Shown: positions 1 through 9,904 of the stretch, one piece after another
Layout of the letters: each line of letters starts with the position of its first letter
Position numbering within the stretch: the first letter of the stretch is position 1
Virus record (IMG/VR): IMGVR_UViG_3300032050_000010
Reading direction: 5' to 3' (one strand)
DNA: 64,000 bases
From: a virus
Made by a program: the position numbers and the translations under genes
The notes under the pieces: generated by a model
What the model saw: only the letters and a program-made list of their open reading frames with translations
The model's database searches: none
What the model was told of the DNA's origin: nothing

Positions 1-123
1 GGTGCCTCAAACGACGTAATATCAAACAAACACCAACAAGAGACAAACCGAGATCGCGTGCTGCGCGGACACTCGCGGCCGATGGGGATACCTCCTGAGT
101 TCGCGTGGGTGTATAAGAACTAG
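1..123 (+). CDS. 3' end of upstream gene (partial), possibly terminase large subunit
   Basis: Frame 1 open from base 1 to TAG at 121-123 (...PPEFAWVYKN*). Identity inferred only from position directly before the portal. Confidence 0.35.
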   Translation, partial: GASNDVISNKHQQETNRDRVLRGHSRPMGIPPEFAWVYKN

Positions 124-131
124 GAGAATAA

Positions 132-2177
132 ATGGCGCAAGATAGTAACCTCTTTAATAGGCTCACTAAGCTCTTCAGGAGCGGCCCAGTCATTAAGAGA
201 AGAGTGAGAGAAGTCACTCCTTCAACAAAGTCAACCTCAGCATTTGAGCAGTTTAGAAAAGCTCAGAGCTACGTCTACAGCTCAGCGATGAGTGCATACG
301 GTTCTTATGACCGTATGGCAAGGTACTCTGACTTCCAAGAGATGGAGTACACACCAGAGATTGCATCGGCACTTGACATCTACTCTGAGGAGACAATCTC
401 ACCCGATGAGAAGGGCAATGTCCTCCACATCCACTCAGAAAATCCTGTCGTCCACAAGCTGCTTAATGAGCTCTTCTACGACACGCTCAATGTCAACTTC
501 AACTTGACAGCTTGGGCACGCAACATGTGCAAGTACGGTGACTTCTTCCTCTTCAACGACGTTTCACCTGATCAAGGTGTCATCAACGTCTACCCAATTC
601 CAGTCAATGAGATTGAGCGCGAAGAAGGGTATGATAAGGACGACCCAATGGCCGTGCGCTTCCGATGGTTGACGCAGGGAAATCAAGTTCTTGAGAACTG
701 GCAGGTGTCACACTTTAGAATTCTAGGTAATGATGCATTCTTGCCTTACGGCTCATCAGTTCTTGAAGCAGCACGTCGTATCTGGCGTCAGCTGATCCTC
801 GTCGAGGACGCGATGCTTGTCTACCGCGTTGTCCGTGCACCAGATCGTCGCGTATTCTACATTGACGTGGGTAACGTACCACCTGAAGACATCGCAAATT
901 ACATGGAGCAGGCTCAAGCACAGCTCAAGAAGAGCCAAGTTGTTGATAAGCAGACAGGACGCGTCGACCTGAGATACAATCCACTGTCAGTAGACGAGGA
1001 TTACTTCATTCCTGTGCGCGGCGGTCAATCGGGCACAAAGATTGAGCCACTCGCTGGTGGCGCAAATGCAGCAGCAATTGAGGACGTGCAGTACATCCAG
1101 AAGAAGATGTTCGCTGCGTTGAAGATCCCAAAGGCCTATCTCGGCTACGATGAAGGCTTGGGTGCAAAGGCGACACTGTCACAGGAAGACATCAGGTTTT
1201 CTCGCACAATTGCTCGCATCCAGCGCACAATCGTGTCCGAGCTCAATAAGATCGCCATCATCCACTTGCATTCCAACGGATTTGACGGACCTGACCTCCT
1301 TGACTTTGACCTTAAGCTGACAAATCCTTCAACGATTGCACAGCAGCAGAAGCTTGAGCTCTACAACACCAAGTTCCAGATTGCAGGATCTGCCAACGGC
1401 ATTCCTAACCTTGTCGACAAGCGCTGGGTTCGTAAGAAGATCTTCCAGATGACTGATGAAGAGATTGACGCCATTGAGAAGGGTATCATCAAGGACAAGG
1501 AGATGGAGCTCAAGGTCGAAGCAGTCAAGCTGCCTGAAGACAAATCTACAGCTCCTGACATGTCATCAATGGCTGCAGGTATTCCAACAAGCCCATTCGC
1601 ATCTGAGCCTGAAGCGCCTGCTGCAGAGCCAACGCCACCCGCCGGTGGTGAGACACCTCCAGCAGCACCTACAGCGCCTGGTCCTGAGACGGCTTCTTCA
1701 AATACAAACAAGCGCGGCTTAGGAATTCTAGCAGAGCCAGATTTTGACCTGTCTAACTTGTCAATCAACGATGAAAGTGCTCCCATCAAGGCGCAGAACA
1801 CAGTTGACGCGATAGGACGCAAGCTGCTCGGTGAGAGGATCGAGGGAAAGACAAAGGCAGATCGTGATCGCTACAATGCAAAGAGGAAGCGCCGCGGCCA
1901 CCTGCACAACATGTCTGATCACAATGCAATGGTCAGTCACGACAAGAGTGATCAAACTGACTCGATTGCACACCCATTTGGTGCAAAGAACGATCTAATC
2001 AATCCATTTAAGGATGTTCTTAAGGAGATTGATGACGACGTCGACCCAGATGATGACTACACCTTCAACGATACAAGAATGTCAGAGATACACAGTGTTT
2101 TAGGTTCAATGCGACGTAAGAATATATTTAATAGGCAGATCTCTGCGTCTAGCAATACGACAGAGGAGGACGAATGA
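132..2177 (+). CDS. gp20: Portal protein, T4 gp20-like
   Basis: Motifs LVEDAMLVYRVVRAPDRRVFYIDVGNVP, EDYFIPVRGG, ALKIPKAYL; RBS AGGAG; Pro/Ala-rich C-terminal extension. Confidence 0.95.
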   Translation: MAQDSNLFNRLTKLFRSGPVIKRRVREVTPSTKSTSAFEQFRKAQSYVYSSAMSAYGSYDRMARYSDFQEMEYTPEIASALDIYSEETISPDEKGNVLHIHSENPVVHKLLNELFYDTLNVNFNLTAWARNMCKYGDFFLFNDVSPDQGVINVYPIPVNEIEREEGYDKDDPMAVRFRWLTQGNQVLENWQVSHFRILGNDAFLPYGSSVLEAARRIWRQLILVEDAMLVYRVVRAPDRRVFYIDVGNVPPEDIANYMEQAQAQLKKSQVVDKQTGRVDLRYNPLSVDEDYFIPVRGGQSGTKIEPLAGGANAAAIEDVQYIQKKMFAALKIPKAYLGYDEGLGAKATLSQEDIRFSRTIARIQRTIVSELNKIAIIHLHSNGFDGPDLLDFDLKLTNPSTIAQQQKLELYNTKFQIAGSANGIPNLVDKRWVRKKIFQMTDEEIDAIEKGIIKDKEMELKVEAVKLPEDKSTAPDMSSMAAGIPTSPFASEPEAPAAEPTPPAGGETPPAAPTAPGPETASSNTNKRGLGILAEPDFDLSNLSINDESAPIKAQNTVDAIGRKLLGERIEGKTKADRDRYNAKRKRRGHLHNMSDHNAMVSHDKSDQTDSIAHPFGAKNDLINPFKDVLKEIDDDVDPDDDYTFNDTRMSEIHSVLGSMRRKNIFNRQISASSNTTEEDE

Positions 2178-3037
2178 ACATCCAGCACAACAAGAAGCGA
2201 AATGTCGGTATCATCTATGAGCTGCTACTGCGCTCAGTATCAGCAGCAATAGTTGAGAACGATAAGACGAGAGCACAAAGAGCTCTTGACATCATTGAGA
2301 AGTACTATGATAAGTCAACTGAGCTCTACAAGGAATACAGGCTCTTCAACGCGCTTGTCAAGTCAACTGTGAGTGACACACCTGTAGCTGCTGCCGTCCT
2401 TGCTGAAGCCAAATCAGCAGCTCGCAGAGCAGATATGCGCAAACTTGATCACGAGAAGTCGCTCCTGATCAGAGAGATCAATCACAACTTAAGAGATGAC
2501 GATTTTTATCAAAGAAGAATACCTGACTATCGTTTCTACGCAACTGTGCAAAATCTCCTGAACGAGTGGTGCGCAGGTGATCGCTCTGATCTAACGAAGA
2601 TGGTGATGCTCGAGGGACAAGTTGTCCACTGGCTTCTCGCTGAGAAGAAAGAGCTTCCTGTTGATCTCGATGCACCTACACCTGAAGTTGATAATCTTGT
2701 CGTCAAGCTCATGAACGAGAAGTTCAATGAGAAATATGCAGGCAAGCTCAATGTGGATCAGACAAAGCTGATCCAAGATTACATCTTCAGCATTGAGAAC
2801 GGTCAGGAGGAGAAGTTCCTTGGTCGTCTCAATTCTCTCAGAGAGACAGCACTCACTAGAGTGCGCCAGCTAAAGACAGCAACTAAAAATCAAACTCTGC
2901 AAGAGAGGATACCCCTTGTGGAGACAGCTTTACGCAACTTAAATTTCACATCACTCAATGATGAGACAATCTCACGCTTTATGACAGTGTCTCAATTAGT
3001 GACAGAACTGAGCGAGGAGGAAGACGATGGCCAGTGA
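2174..3037 (+). CDS. Hypothetical head-module protein
   Basis: 287-aa ORF coupled to portal stop (ATGA); starts HNKKRNVGIIYELL; lies between portal and protease. Confidence 0.7.
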   Translation: MNIQHNKKRNVGIIYELLLRSVSAAIVENDKTRAQRALDIIEKYYDKSTELYKEYRLFNALVKSTVSDTPVAAAVLAEAKSAARRADMRKLDHEKSLLIREINHNLRDDDFYQRRIPDYRFYATVQNLLNEWCAGDRSDLTKMVMLEGQVVHWLLAEKKELPVDLDAPTPEVDNLVVKLMNEKFNEKYAGKLNVDQTKLIQDYIFSIENGQEEKFLGRLNSLRETALTRVRQLKTATKNQTLQERIPLVETALRNLNFTSLNDETISRFMTVSQLVTELSEEEDDGQ

Positions 3038-3638
3038 TAACATGGTTCTTTTAAAGGAGTGGTTGCCACTTAAGTACTCACCCGATATTGTTCGTGAGTC
3101 AAAGCAGCTTAACGGTGGCAAAGTAATGCTCCGCGGTGTTATCCAGCGTGCTGATACACTGAACCAGAACGGTCGTATTTATCCACGCGCCATCCTTGAG
3201 CGTGAGATTGATAACTACCAGAAGTTCATTCGTGAGAATAGAGCGCTGGGTGAGTGCGATCATCCTGACACGTCTGTCGTAGAATTGAAGAATGTGTCAC
3301 ACATTGTGCGCGAAGCCAAGATGGACGGCGACACTGTGACGGGAGTCGTGGAGCTACTTGACACACCTAGCGGTAAGATCCTCCAGAGCCTCGTTGAGGC
3401 AGGCATCACACTGGGCATATCATCTAGAGGTGTTGGATCAACACGTAATCAAAGCGGAGCTGTTGTAGTTCAAGATGACTTCCAGCTGATCTGCTTCGAC
3501 ATCGTCTCAGAGCCTTCAACACCGGGCGCATTCATGATGAATGAGAGCAAGGTGATATCAGGCAGAGAGTTGAAGAAAACTTTTACGAAATCCGACAGAG
3601 TTAATAGGATCTTCACAGACATCTTAGCATGGAAGTAG
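3027..3638 (+). CDS. gp21: Prohead core protease, T4 gp21-like
   Basis: NQNGRIYP, ALGECDHP, LDTPSGKIL, LGISSRGVGS, FDIVSEPSTPGA. Confidence 0.95.
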   Translation: MASDNMVLLKEWLPLKYSPDIVRESKQLNGGKVMLRGVIQRADTLNQNGRIYPRAILEREIDNYQKFIRENRALGECDHPDTSVVELKNVSHIVREAKMDGDTVTGVVELLDTPSGKILQSLVEAGITLGISSRGVGSTRNQSGAVVVQDDFQLICFDIVSEPSTPGAFMMNESKVISGRELKKTFTKSDRVNRIFTDILAWK

Positions 3639-3639
3639 T

Positions 3640-4164
3640 ATGAAGTTATCCAAAGAAGATCTGAAGGGCATCGTAAAGGAGTGTCTCGTAGAGATACTAA
3701 GTGAGGGCCTCGGTGGCGGTGGTAGCCTTGTTGAAAGTCGCCAAGTTCAACGTCAAGCGCCAGCTGCTCAAGCACCTGCACGCAATTTAAGCGGCAGAGC
3801 AGGAGCAGCACCGCAGCAACAACCGCGGCAGTCTGTCTATGACAAGCTTGCATTTGCACCCACACGTGATCAAGTGCAGAGAGCTGCGCCCGCTGCCAAG
3901 AAGATCAATCCACTCAGCATGGTCAAAGACATTACGTCTGATCCCATCATGGCGGGCATCCTGGCAGAAACTGCTTCGTCAGGTCAGCACATGCATATGG
4001 GCGAGAGTAATAATAGAAACGCACAACCTTCACATGAAGAGCAAGTGATGTCAGCAGGTGATGCTGCAGCAAGAAAGATGATGATGTCAGATCCTACTGA
4101 CTTGTTCGGTGAGAGTGCATCAATGTGGTCAGCATTGGCATTCTCAGAGAAAATAAGAAAGTAG
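3640..4164 (+). CDS. Hypothetical protein, putative prohead core/internal protein
   Basis: N-terminal MKLSKEDLKGIVKECLVEILSE helix with L-x-E sites; head operon. Confidence 0.6.
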   Translation: MKLSKEDLKGIVKECLVEILSEGLGGGGSLVESRQVQRQAPAAQAPARNLSGRAGAAPQQQPRQSVYDKLAFAPTRDQVQRAAPAAKKINPLSMVKDITSDPIMAGILAETASSGQHMHMGESNNRNAQPSHEEQVMSAGDAAARKMMMSDPTDLFGESASMWSALAFSEKIRK

Positions 4165-4214
4165 TAAATTTGCAAAGTTCGTGATAATTAATTTATGTTC
4201 CACAGGAGTTTACA

Positions 4215-4505
4215 ATGAAGAAGCTTACACCCCAGATGCTTAGAAGAATGGTCCTCGAGGAGAAGAAGAAGGTCGAGGCTGCTCACGCTAAGGAGAATGC
4301 AAAGGCCCGCAAGGCCTACCACCTCGATGAGGAAGAAGTGCAGTGGTCAGCAAAGAAGCCCCCACACGCCGAGGAGATAGGCCCACAGGACGATATGCAC
4401 GCCGCTAAGATGCTCAAGGAGGAGGAGATGCGTCTCCGCCGCCGCCTCCAGGCAATCATGGAGCGTCGTCTTGCTCTCAAGCGTCGTATCATGGAGAGCC
4501 TCTAA
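4215..4505 (+). CDS. Small charged coiled-coil protein, putative core protein
   Basis: RBS AGGAG; MKKLTPQMLRRMVLEE start; ATAATTA motif upstream. Confidence 0.65.
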   Translation: MKKLTPQMLRRMVLEEKKKVEAAHAKENAKARKAYHLDEEEVQWSAKKPPHAEEIGPQDDMHAAKMLKEEEMRLRRRLQAIMERRLALKRRIMESL

Positions 4506-4548
4506 TCTCTCTGTTCAGTTTGTGATCTACTAAGGAGGGAGAGACAAG

Positions 4549-5130
4549 ATGGCAGTTAACTATACAACAGTTGTGTCGCCAGATGATGGCGCAAAGACAG
4601 GTGGCCTTGGAAATCGTAACCAGGTCAACCTGAAGTCGTGCTTTCCCTCTTCACCCATCTACAGCAATGTGTACACACCCACTGCTGCTGAGAATGCAGG
4701 TATCTCTGCATTGAATGGCAACGGTGGGCCCGGTGATAGCATACCCAGCATCGGTATTGCTGACGGTGTGCTTGATGACGGTGGGTACATGTTCAACCAG
4801 GTTGACTTGCGTTTTGCTGGCCGTAGATCATCAGGTGTAGATGATGCTTACGCTGCTCCTAATCTCTCTGAGGTTGTGACAGGCGGCGAAGGCCTCCCAG
4901 CATCACCTTACATTCCCAATCTTACGTCGCCTGGCGAAGGTAACGGGACCGATCCGTTTGCACAGCCAGAGTTCACAGGCGATCTACCTTACGGTGGTGA
5001 TCCTGGACAGGCAGCAGCAACCCAGTTCGGTCGTGGTGAAGGTGTAGCAGCCAATCCTGTGACTGCTACAGCAGAAGTTGCACGAGCCACAATCGGCAAG
5101 TTCATGCTGGGAACTTCTAAGATTACTTGA
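4549..5130 (+). CDS. Hypothetical Gly/Pro-rich virion-associated protein
   Basis: Strong RBS AAGGAGG; 193-aa ORF in head operon. Confidence 0.6.
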   Translation: MAVNYTTVVSPDDGAKTGGLGNRNQVNLKSCFPSSPIYSNVYTPTAAENAGISALNGNGGPGDSIPSIGIADGVLDDGGYMFNQVDLRFAGRRSSGVDDAYAAPNLSEVVTGGEGLPASPYIPNLTSPGEGNGTDPFAQPEFTGDLPYGGDPGQAAATQFGRGEGVAANPVTATAEVARATIGKFMLGTSKIT

Positions 5131-5132
5131 GC

Positions 5133-5693
5133 ATGAGAGACGCACCTCCGACTACACATCGCTTTTGGTTTAAAGGCGATGCAAATGCAGGTGCAGGATA
5201 CGGTACACTAAAGAAAAAGTTCTCCGGTGGCGATTATACCACTGTGGGAACTTTTCCTTATATCGAAGACGATGACACTTTTGAAGATGAAGATCTTGAC
5301 GATCTAATGCACACGCAAGATTTCATCAACAAGACAGGCTATACAGGCGTTGCTAAGCCTAGAGCACACATTAGAAAGGATAACGCATCTTTCACAAAGA
5401 TGCGGTGGAGCACGCCGCTTGAAGAAGCGTCGATCATGAAAGGTATCACACCCTTTCCTGCGTCAATGCTCTACAAGAACTTCACAGGTCCTGCCGTGGG
5501 TGGTGCATCTACCAATCAATCTTTTACAAATGCTCCTGGGCGACTTATAGGTAATCAGTACGGCTCAACACGCGCAAGCCCGCTTGCTGATGACGAACTT
5601 ATCACAATCGACAGATTAAATGATCTTATGGATCCAGACACTCGCAATCTTGTTAAGCAGCGCTTAAAAATAAAGATATTGCAGGATGTTTGA
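5133..5693 (+). CDS. Hypothetical protein
   Basis: ORF fills gap in head operon; ATG 5133 preferred over TTG 5127. Confidence 0.55.
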   Translation: MRDAPPTTHRFWFKGDANAGAGYGTLKKKFSGGDYTTVGTFPYIEDDDTFEDEDLDDLMHTQDFINKTGYTGVAKPRAHIRKDNASFTKMRWSTPLEEASIMKGITPFPASMLYKNFTGPAVGGASTNQSFTNAPGRLIGNQYGSTRASPLADDELITIDRLNDLMDPDTRNLVKQRLKIKILQDV

Positions 5694-5732
5694 CAAAGAA
5701 CCTAATATGTATTGAAAGCAGGGAAACAGTTA

Positions 5733-7193
5733 ATGTCAAAGACACTATATGATGAAGCAATCGCCGATGCCAAGCGACTTCGCGAAGTTGCTGAGCTGAA
5801 TGCCAAGAATGCAATCGTAGAAGCAGTCACGCCGCGCATTAGAGAGTTCATCGACAGCCAGCTCGTAGGCGACCCAACAAAGGCCGTCACAGCTGAGAAG
5901 TTTCTTGTTGATGCTCTGAACGAAGGTGCAACGGATGACAGTGGAGAGGACGATGTCGTCCTTGACGAAGCTGCTCTTAAGTCACTTGTCTCGCTATTCA
6001 CACCTAAGCAGACGACGCAAGCAAAGGACAGCTTCCAGGAAGCATTTGACCAGCTTAGCGAAGATGAAAAGAAGAAACTTTTGAACCTGATCAGCGAAGA
6101 GAAAACTGACGCCGATCTGGACGAGAATGAAGAAGAAAGCGCGCCAGCGCAGGAGAAGAAAATGGACGAATCACTCTATGAGATTGATCTGAATGAGCTC
6201 AAGAAGGAGCTTGCTGCAGTTGCTTCTCCTGGTAAGCCCGCAGCTGGTGTTAAGCCCTCAAAGGCACCAATGCCTGCTAGAGCAGGCGGCATGAAGAAGT
6301 CACCTGCACCCGCCATGGAAGACATGTTCGAGCTTGATGAAGAGCTATACGAGATGGACATGGACAGCGACCTTGATGAGGAATATATGGACGAGCTCAA
6401 TGAGGCCAAGCTTGAGGTTGACCTCGGTGATCTCGAGCTCCCAGAAGATTTCATGCCCTCCGTTCGGGTTGTCCCCGAGGAAGAGGAAGAGGACATGCTC
6501 GCAGCTGATGACAGCGACATGGGTGACATGGTTCCCGATGCCGAAGAAGCACCTGCTGATGAGGCTCCTCCCGCTCCCGTCGCTGAGACATTCTACGTCG
6601 ACGAGAATATGCTCCGTCGTGAGCTCTTCCGCCTCCGCGAGGCTCGCAAGCAGAAGGAGGACAAGCTCCTCAACAAGAAGAGCCTCAAGAGCGCTTCACA
6701 CGTCAAGGCCGCTGCTAAGGCATTCGGCGACGGTGAGCTCGAGGAAGTTGACGAAGTTGAGATCAACGCACTCGACAACGCCAAGAAGCACAAGCTTAAG
6801 AAATTGAAAGAGGCACGCGATAATCGTGCTCTCGTAACCCAGCTCAATGAATACAGAAGCGCTGTTGAAACGCTTCGTGAGCAAATGACTGATATGAACC
6901 TCTTCAACGCAAAGCTGCTCTACGTCAACAAGATGCTGCAGTCAAAGGATTTGACACCTAAGCAACAGAAGGTCGTCATTGAGGCCATCGACGGCGCTAA
7001 GACACTACGCGAAGTGAAGATGCTCTTCAAGAGCCTGACTGAGTCACTGACTGGCGGCAATGGTGCCACACTCAATGAGACAGCAACCAGGTTCAACGCC
7101 GGGGGTTCTTCCCGCGCGACCTCATCAGCTGCCGCCCGCACAGGCGAGACAGCAGAAGTCGACCGCTGGGCGATGCTCGCCGGTCTCAAGTAA
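5733..7193 (+). CDS. Prohead core scaffold protein (gp22 analogue)
   Basis: Very acidic coiled-coil protein immediately before the MCP; many L-x-E sites; C-terminal DRWAMLAGLK. Confidence 0.75.
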   Translation: MSKTLYDEAIADAKRLREVAELNAKNAIVEAVTPRIREFIDSQLVGDPTKAVTAEKFLVDALNEGATDDSGEDDVVLDEAALKSLVSLFTPKQTTQAKDSFQEAFDQLSEDEKKKLLNLISEEKTDADLDENEEESAPAQEKKMDESLYEIDLNELKKELAAVASPGKPAAGVKPSKAPMPARAGGMKKSPAPAMEDMFELDEELYEMDMDSDLDEEYMDELNEAKLEVDLGDLELPEDFMPSVRVVPEEEEEDMLAADDSDMGDMVPDAEEAPADEAPPAPVAETFYVDENMLRRELFRLREARKQKEDKLLNKKSLKSASHVKAAAKAFGDGELEEVDEVEINALDNAKKHKLKKLKEARDNRALVTQLNEYRSAVETLREQMTDMNLFNAKLLYVNKMLQSKDLTPKQQKVVIEAIDGAKTLREVKMLFKSLTESLTGGNGATLNETATRFNAGGSSRATSSAAARTGETAEVDRWAMLAGLK

Positions 7194-7222
7194 TTTGTTA
7201 AGTATTCAAGGAGTTTAATAAC

Positions 7223-9169
7223 ATGTCAAAGGCATTCTCCCTTAACCACCTCACCGAGGGCATTAAGGATCGCAATAACAGCCAGGAAGGCGCACGTCTC
7301 GTTGAGAAGTGGAGCCGCACCGGCCTCCTCCGTGGCCTCGAGAACACCAAGCGCGACAACATGGCTCGCCTCCTCGAGAACCAGGCAGCTCAGGTCCTCC
7401 GCGAGGTCAACAGCCTCGGCGCAGGCGGCGGCAGCACCACCTCATCCGGCGACATCCGTGGCTTTGCCAACATCGCCTTCCCCATCGTCCGTCGCGTGTT
7501 CGGCGGTCTCGTGGCCAATGAGCTCGTCTCCATCCAGCCCATGAGCCTTCCCTCCGGTCTCCTGTTCTACTTGGACTACACCTACGGCACCAACGTAGGC
7601 GGTGACACCAACCTCCAGACCGGTGCATCAACAATCGCACAGACCTACACAGCTGGTCAGTCCATCTACAACAATCCAGTTGGTAAGGGCATCCGCAGCG
7701 GATCTCTCGCAGTTGGCGGCCAGTACGACCTCGTCGGCACATCCTACTCACAGGTCCACCAGCGGAATGCAGCTGTCAAGCTCTGGGCATCGGGCGCATT
7801 CCACACTGCAGCAGGCGCCAACTCATCAACAATCGTGAATGGTCTGGCAGTCTTCGCAACTGGAACAGACGGCAAGCTCATCGGCTTCGACCCCCAGCTC
7901 ACCAATCTGATCGAGTCCAATAGCGGTGCAGGCGGTCCAGGCGCAACTGTAGGCAACGGCGTCTTCACATTCGCCGTCCTCAAGACAGATGGCTTTACCA
8001 ATCTTGACGCAACACAGATCAAGGACATCTCACTCTACTCAAACGGCGCAACTGTAACAGTTCCTAACATGGGTCTTGGCACAATCGGCGACACTGTCCA
8101 GGGCGGAGCAAACCTCCTCAACGTTCGTCGTCTCAACCAGCTCGGCACCTTCAGCGGAGGCGTCTTCACACCCAATCCTCTTGTCGATCTGGGTGCAAGC
8201 AATGCTGCAATCCTCACAGTTGTGTCTGGCGTCTTCACACCAGCTGCTTCCGTACCAACAGGCCCATTCCTCACCGCTTCATACGTCATCTCCGACGCAT
8301 TCAGTGCTGACTCCACTGATGCATCGGCTCTTACCGTTCCAGTCTTCGAGTCTGACTTCGGCCTCGGCAACGGCCCACAGCCAATCATCCCTGAGATCGA
8401 CATCAAGATCGAGTCCATCGCCGTCACAGCTACAACCCGTAAGCTGCGCGCTCGCTGGAGCCCAGAGCTCGCACAGGACCTCAACGCCTATCACTCGATG
8501 GACGCAGAGGTTGAGCTCACGCAGATCCTCTCCGAGCAGATCGCTCTCGAGATCGACCGCGAGATCCTCAATGACCTGCTCACCCAGGCCAACGGCGCCA
8601 ACTACTACTGGTCACGTGCACCAGGACGCTTCCTCAACAAGGTGACAGGCGCCGAGGTTCTCCAGGGCACCAACGCTCCCGGACCCCAGTTCACTGGTAC
8701 CGTCCGTGAGTGGTACGAGACCCTCATCGAGACCATCATCGACGTCGCAAACGAGATCCACCGCAAGACCCTCCGTGGTTCGGCCAACTTCATCGTGGTT
8801 TCACCCGATGTCGCCACCGTTCTCGAGGCTTCGGTGCTCTACAAGCCCAGCTACAGCCTCGACGGCCAGGGCCAGGTCGGCAGCGGCTTCTCGATCGGTG
8901 CAACACCCATCGGCAGCCTCAGCAACCGCTTCACAGTCTACAAGGACCCCTACTTCCCACGTAACAAGATCCTCGTCGGTTACAAGGGCGGCAGCTACCT
9001 CGAGACCGGCTACGTCTACGCTCCTTACGTCCCACTGATCGTCACTCCCACCATCTTCGCCCCCGAGGACTTCACCCCACGTAAGGGCGTGATGACTCGC
9101 TACGGCAAGAAGATGGTCCGCAGCGACTTCTACGGCACCGTAACCTGCCTCGACATGAACATCATCTGA
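7223..9169 (+). CDS. gp23: Major capsid protein, T4 gp23-like, with large insertion
   Basis: LLENQ, FPIVRRVF, SIQPMSLPSGLLF, RKLRARWSPELAQDLNAYHSMDAEVEL, YAPYVPL, GVMTRYG; strong codon bias. Confidence 0.97.
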   Translation: MSKAFSLNHLTEGIKDRNNSQEGARLVEKWSRTGLLRGLENTKRDNMARLLENQAAQVLREVNSLGAGGGSTTSSGDIRGFANIAFPIVRRVFGGLVANELVSIQPMSLPSGLLFYLDYTYGTNVGGDTNLQTGASTIAQTYTAGQSIYNNPVGKGIRSGSLAVGGQYDLVGTSYSQVHQRNAAVKLWASGAFHTAAGANSSTIVNGLAVFATGTDGKLIGFDPQLTNLIESNSGAGGPGATVGNGVFTFAVLKTDGFTNLDATQIKDISLYSNGATVTVPNMGLGTIGDTVQGGANLLNVRRLNQLGTFSGGVFTPNPLVDLGASNAAILTVVSGVFTPAASVPTGPFLTASYVISDAFSADSTDASALTVPVFESDFGLGNGPQPIIPEIDIKIESIAVTATTRKLRARWSPELAQDLNAYHSMDAEVELTQILSEQIALEIDREILNDLLTQANGANYYWSRAPGRFLNKVTGAEVLQGTNAPGPQFTGTVREWYETLIETIIDVANEIHRKTLRGSANFIVVSPDVATVLEASVLYKPSYSLDGQGQVGSGFSIGATPIGSLSNRFTVYKDPYFPRNKILVGYKGGSYLETGYVYAPYVPLIVTPTIFAPEDFTPRKGVMTRYGKKMVRSDFYGTVTCLDMNII

Positions 9170-9193
9170 TGTTCTAGCCGTTAGGCAAACAGG

Positions 9194-9224
9194 CGGCCAC
9201 CCTTCGGGGTGGCCGTTTTGTTTT
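9194..9224 (+). terminator. Rho-independent terminator after MCP
   Basis: CGGCCACCC-TTCG-GGGTGGCCG followed by TTTTGTTTT. Confidence 0.9.
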
Positions 9225-9366
9225 GGATGCAGCATCAATAAATCATCAGAGCAGCATCAGATAATGCAGATTGCATGATCAATAAAAATACAATGATCAA
9301 TACACTAAAATAGACAATTTAACAGAAACAGCAGAGAGTGATATTTAGAGCATAGGAGAAAGATTT

Positions 9367-9666
9367 ATGGGACGTCGTTGGTGGCAGAAAGAAGCCCGTC
9401 GGATGCAAAATGAGCAAGTAACAGCACCAGAAGCTGTGTCATCTGTCGAAGCAGTACCCGATATTACCGATATACACGTTGCTGCAGCCGCAGCAGCAGT
9501 TGAACTAACTGAGACGGTCACAACAATCTCTGACGATGATGTTGATCAAGTTGTATTGACAGCAGAGCAGGAAGCCATAGAAGACGCAAAGGACGCAGAA
9601 GTTCCTGCTCCTGTCAAGGTCACAACACAAAATAACTTTATCAACAACAAGAAAAAGCGCAGATGA
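9367..9666 (+). CDS. Hypothetical protein
   Basis: RBS AGGAG; ATATTTA motif at 9341. Confidence 0.6.
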   Translation: MGRRWWQKEARRMQNEQVTAPEAVSSVEAVPDITDIHVAAAAAAVELTETVTTISDDDVDQVVLTAEQEAIEDAKDAEVPAPVKVTTQNNFINNKKKRR

Positions 9667-9851
9667 CTGAAGATCTCATCAGGAAGTTTGTGAGAGCTAT
9701 CCTGCAAGAGAGGTTAGTTTCACTTCCTGGTGGAAAGTGGGCTGTGTATCCCAAGAAAGGTGGCAAAAGATTAGGAACACACGATACTAAGTCAGGTGCT
9801 CTGCGACAGCTTGCTGCTATTGAGATCTCAAAGAAGCGTCGAAAAGCTTGA
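9663..9851 (+). CDS. Small basic protein, putative internal head protein
   Basis: ATGA coupling; MTEDLIRKFVRAILQE leader then basic domain LGTHDTKSGALRQLAAIEISK. Confidence 0.6.
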   Translation: MTEDLIRKFVRAILQERLVSLPGGKWAVYPKKGGKRLGTHDTKSGALRQLAAIEISKKRRKA

Positions 9852-9904
9852 TGCAGGCACAACACGTCTTGCTCGATACTTAGTATAGAGCAAGGGCGTG
9901 TCTG

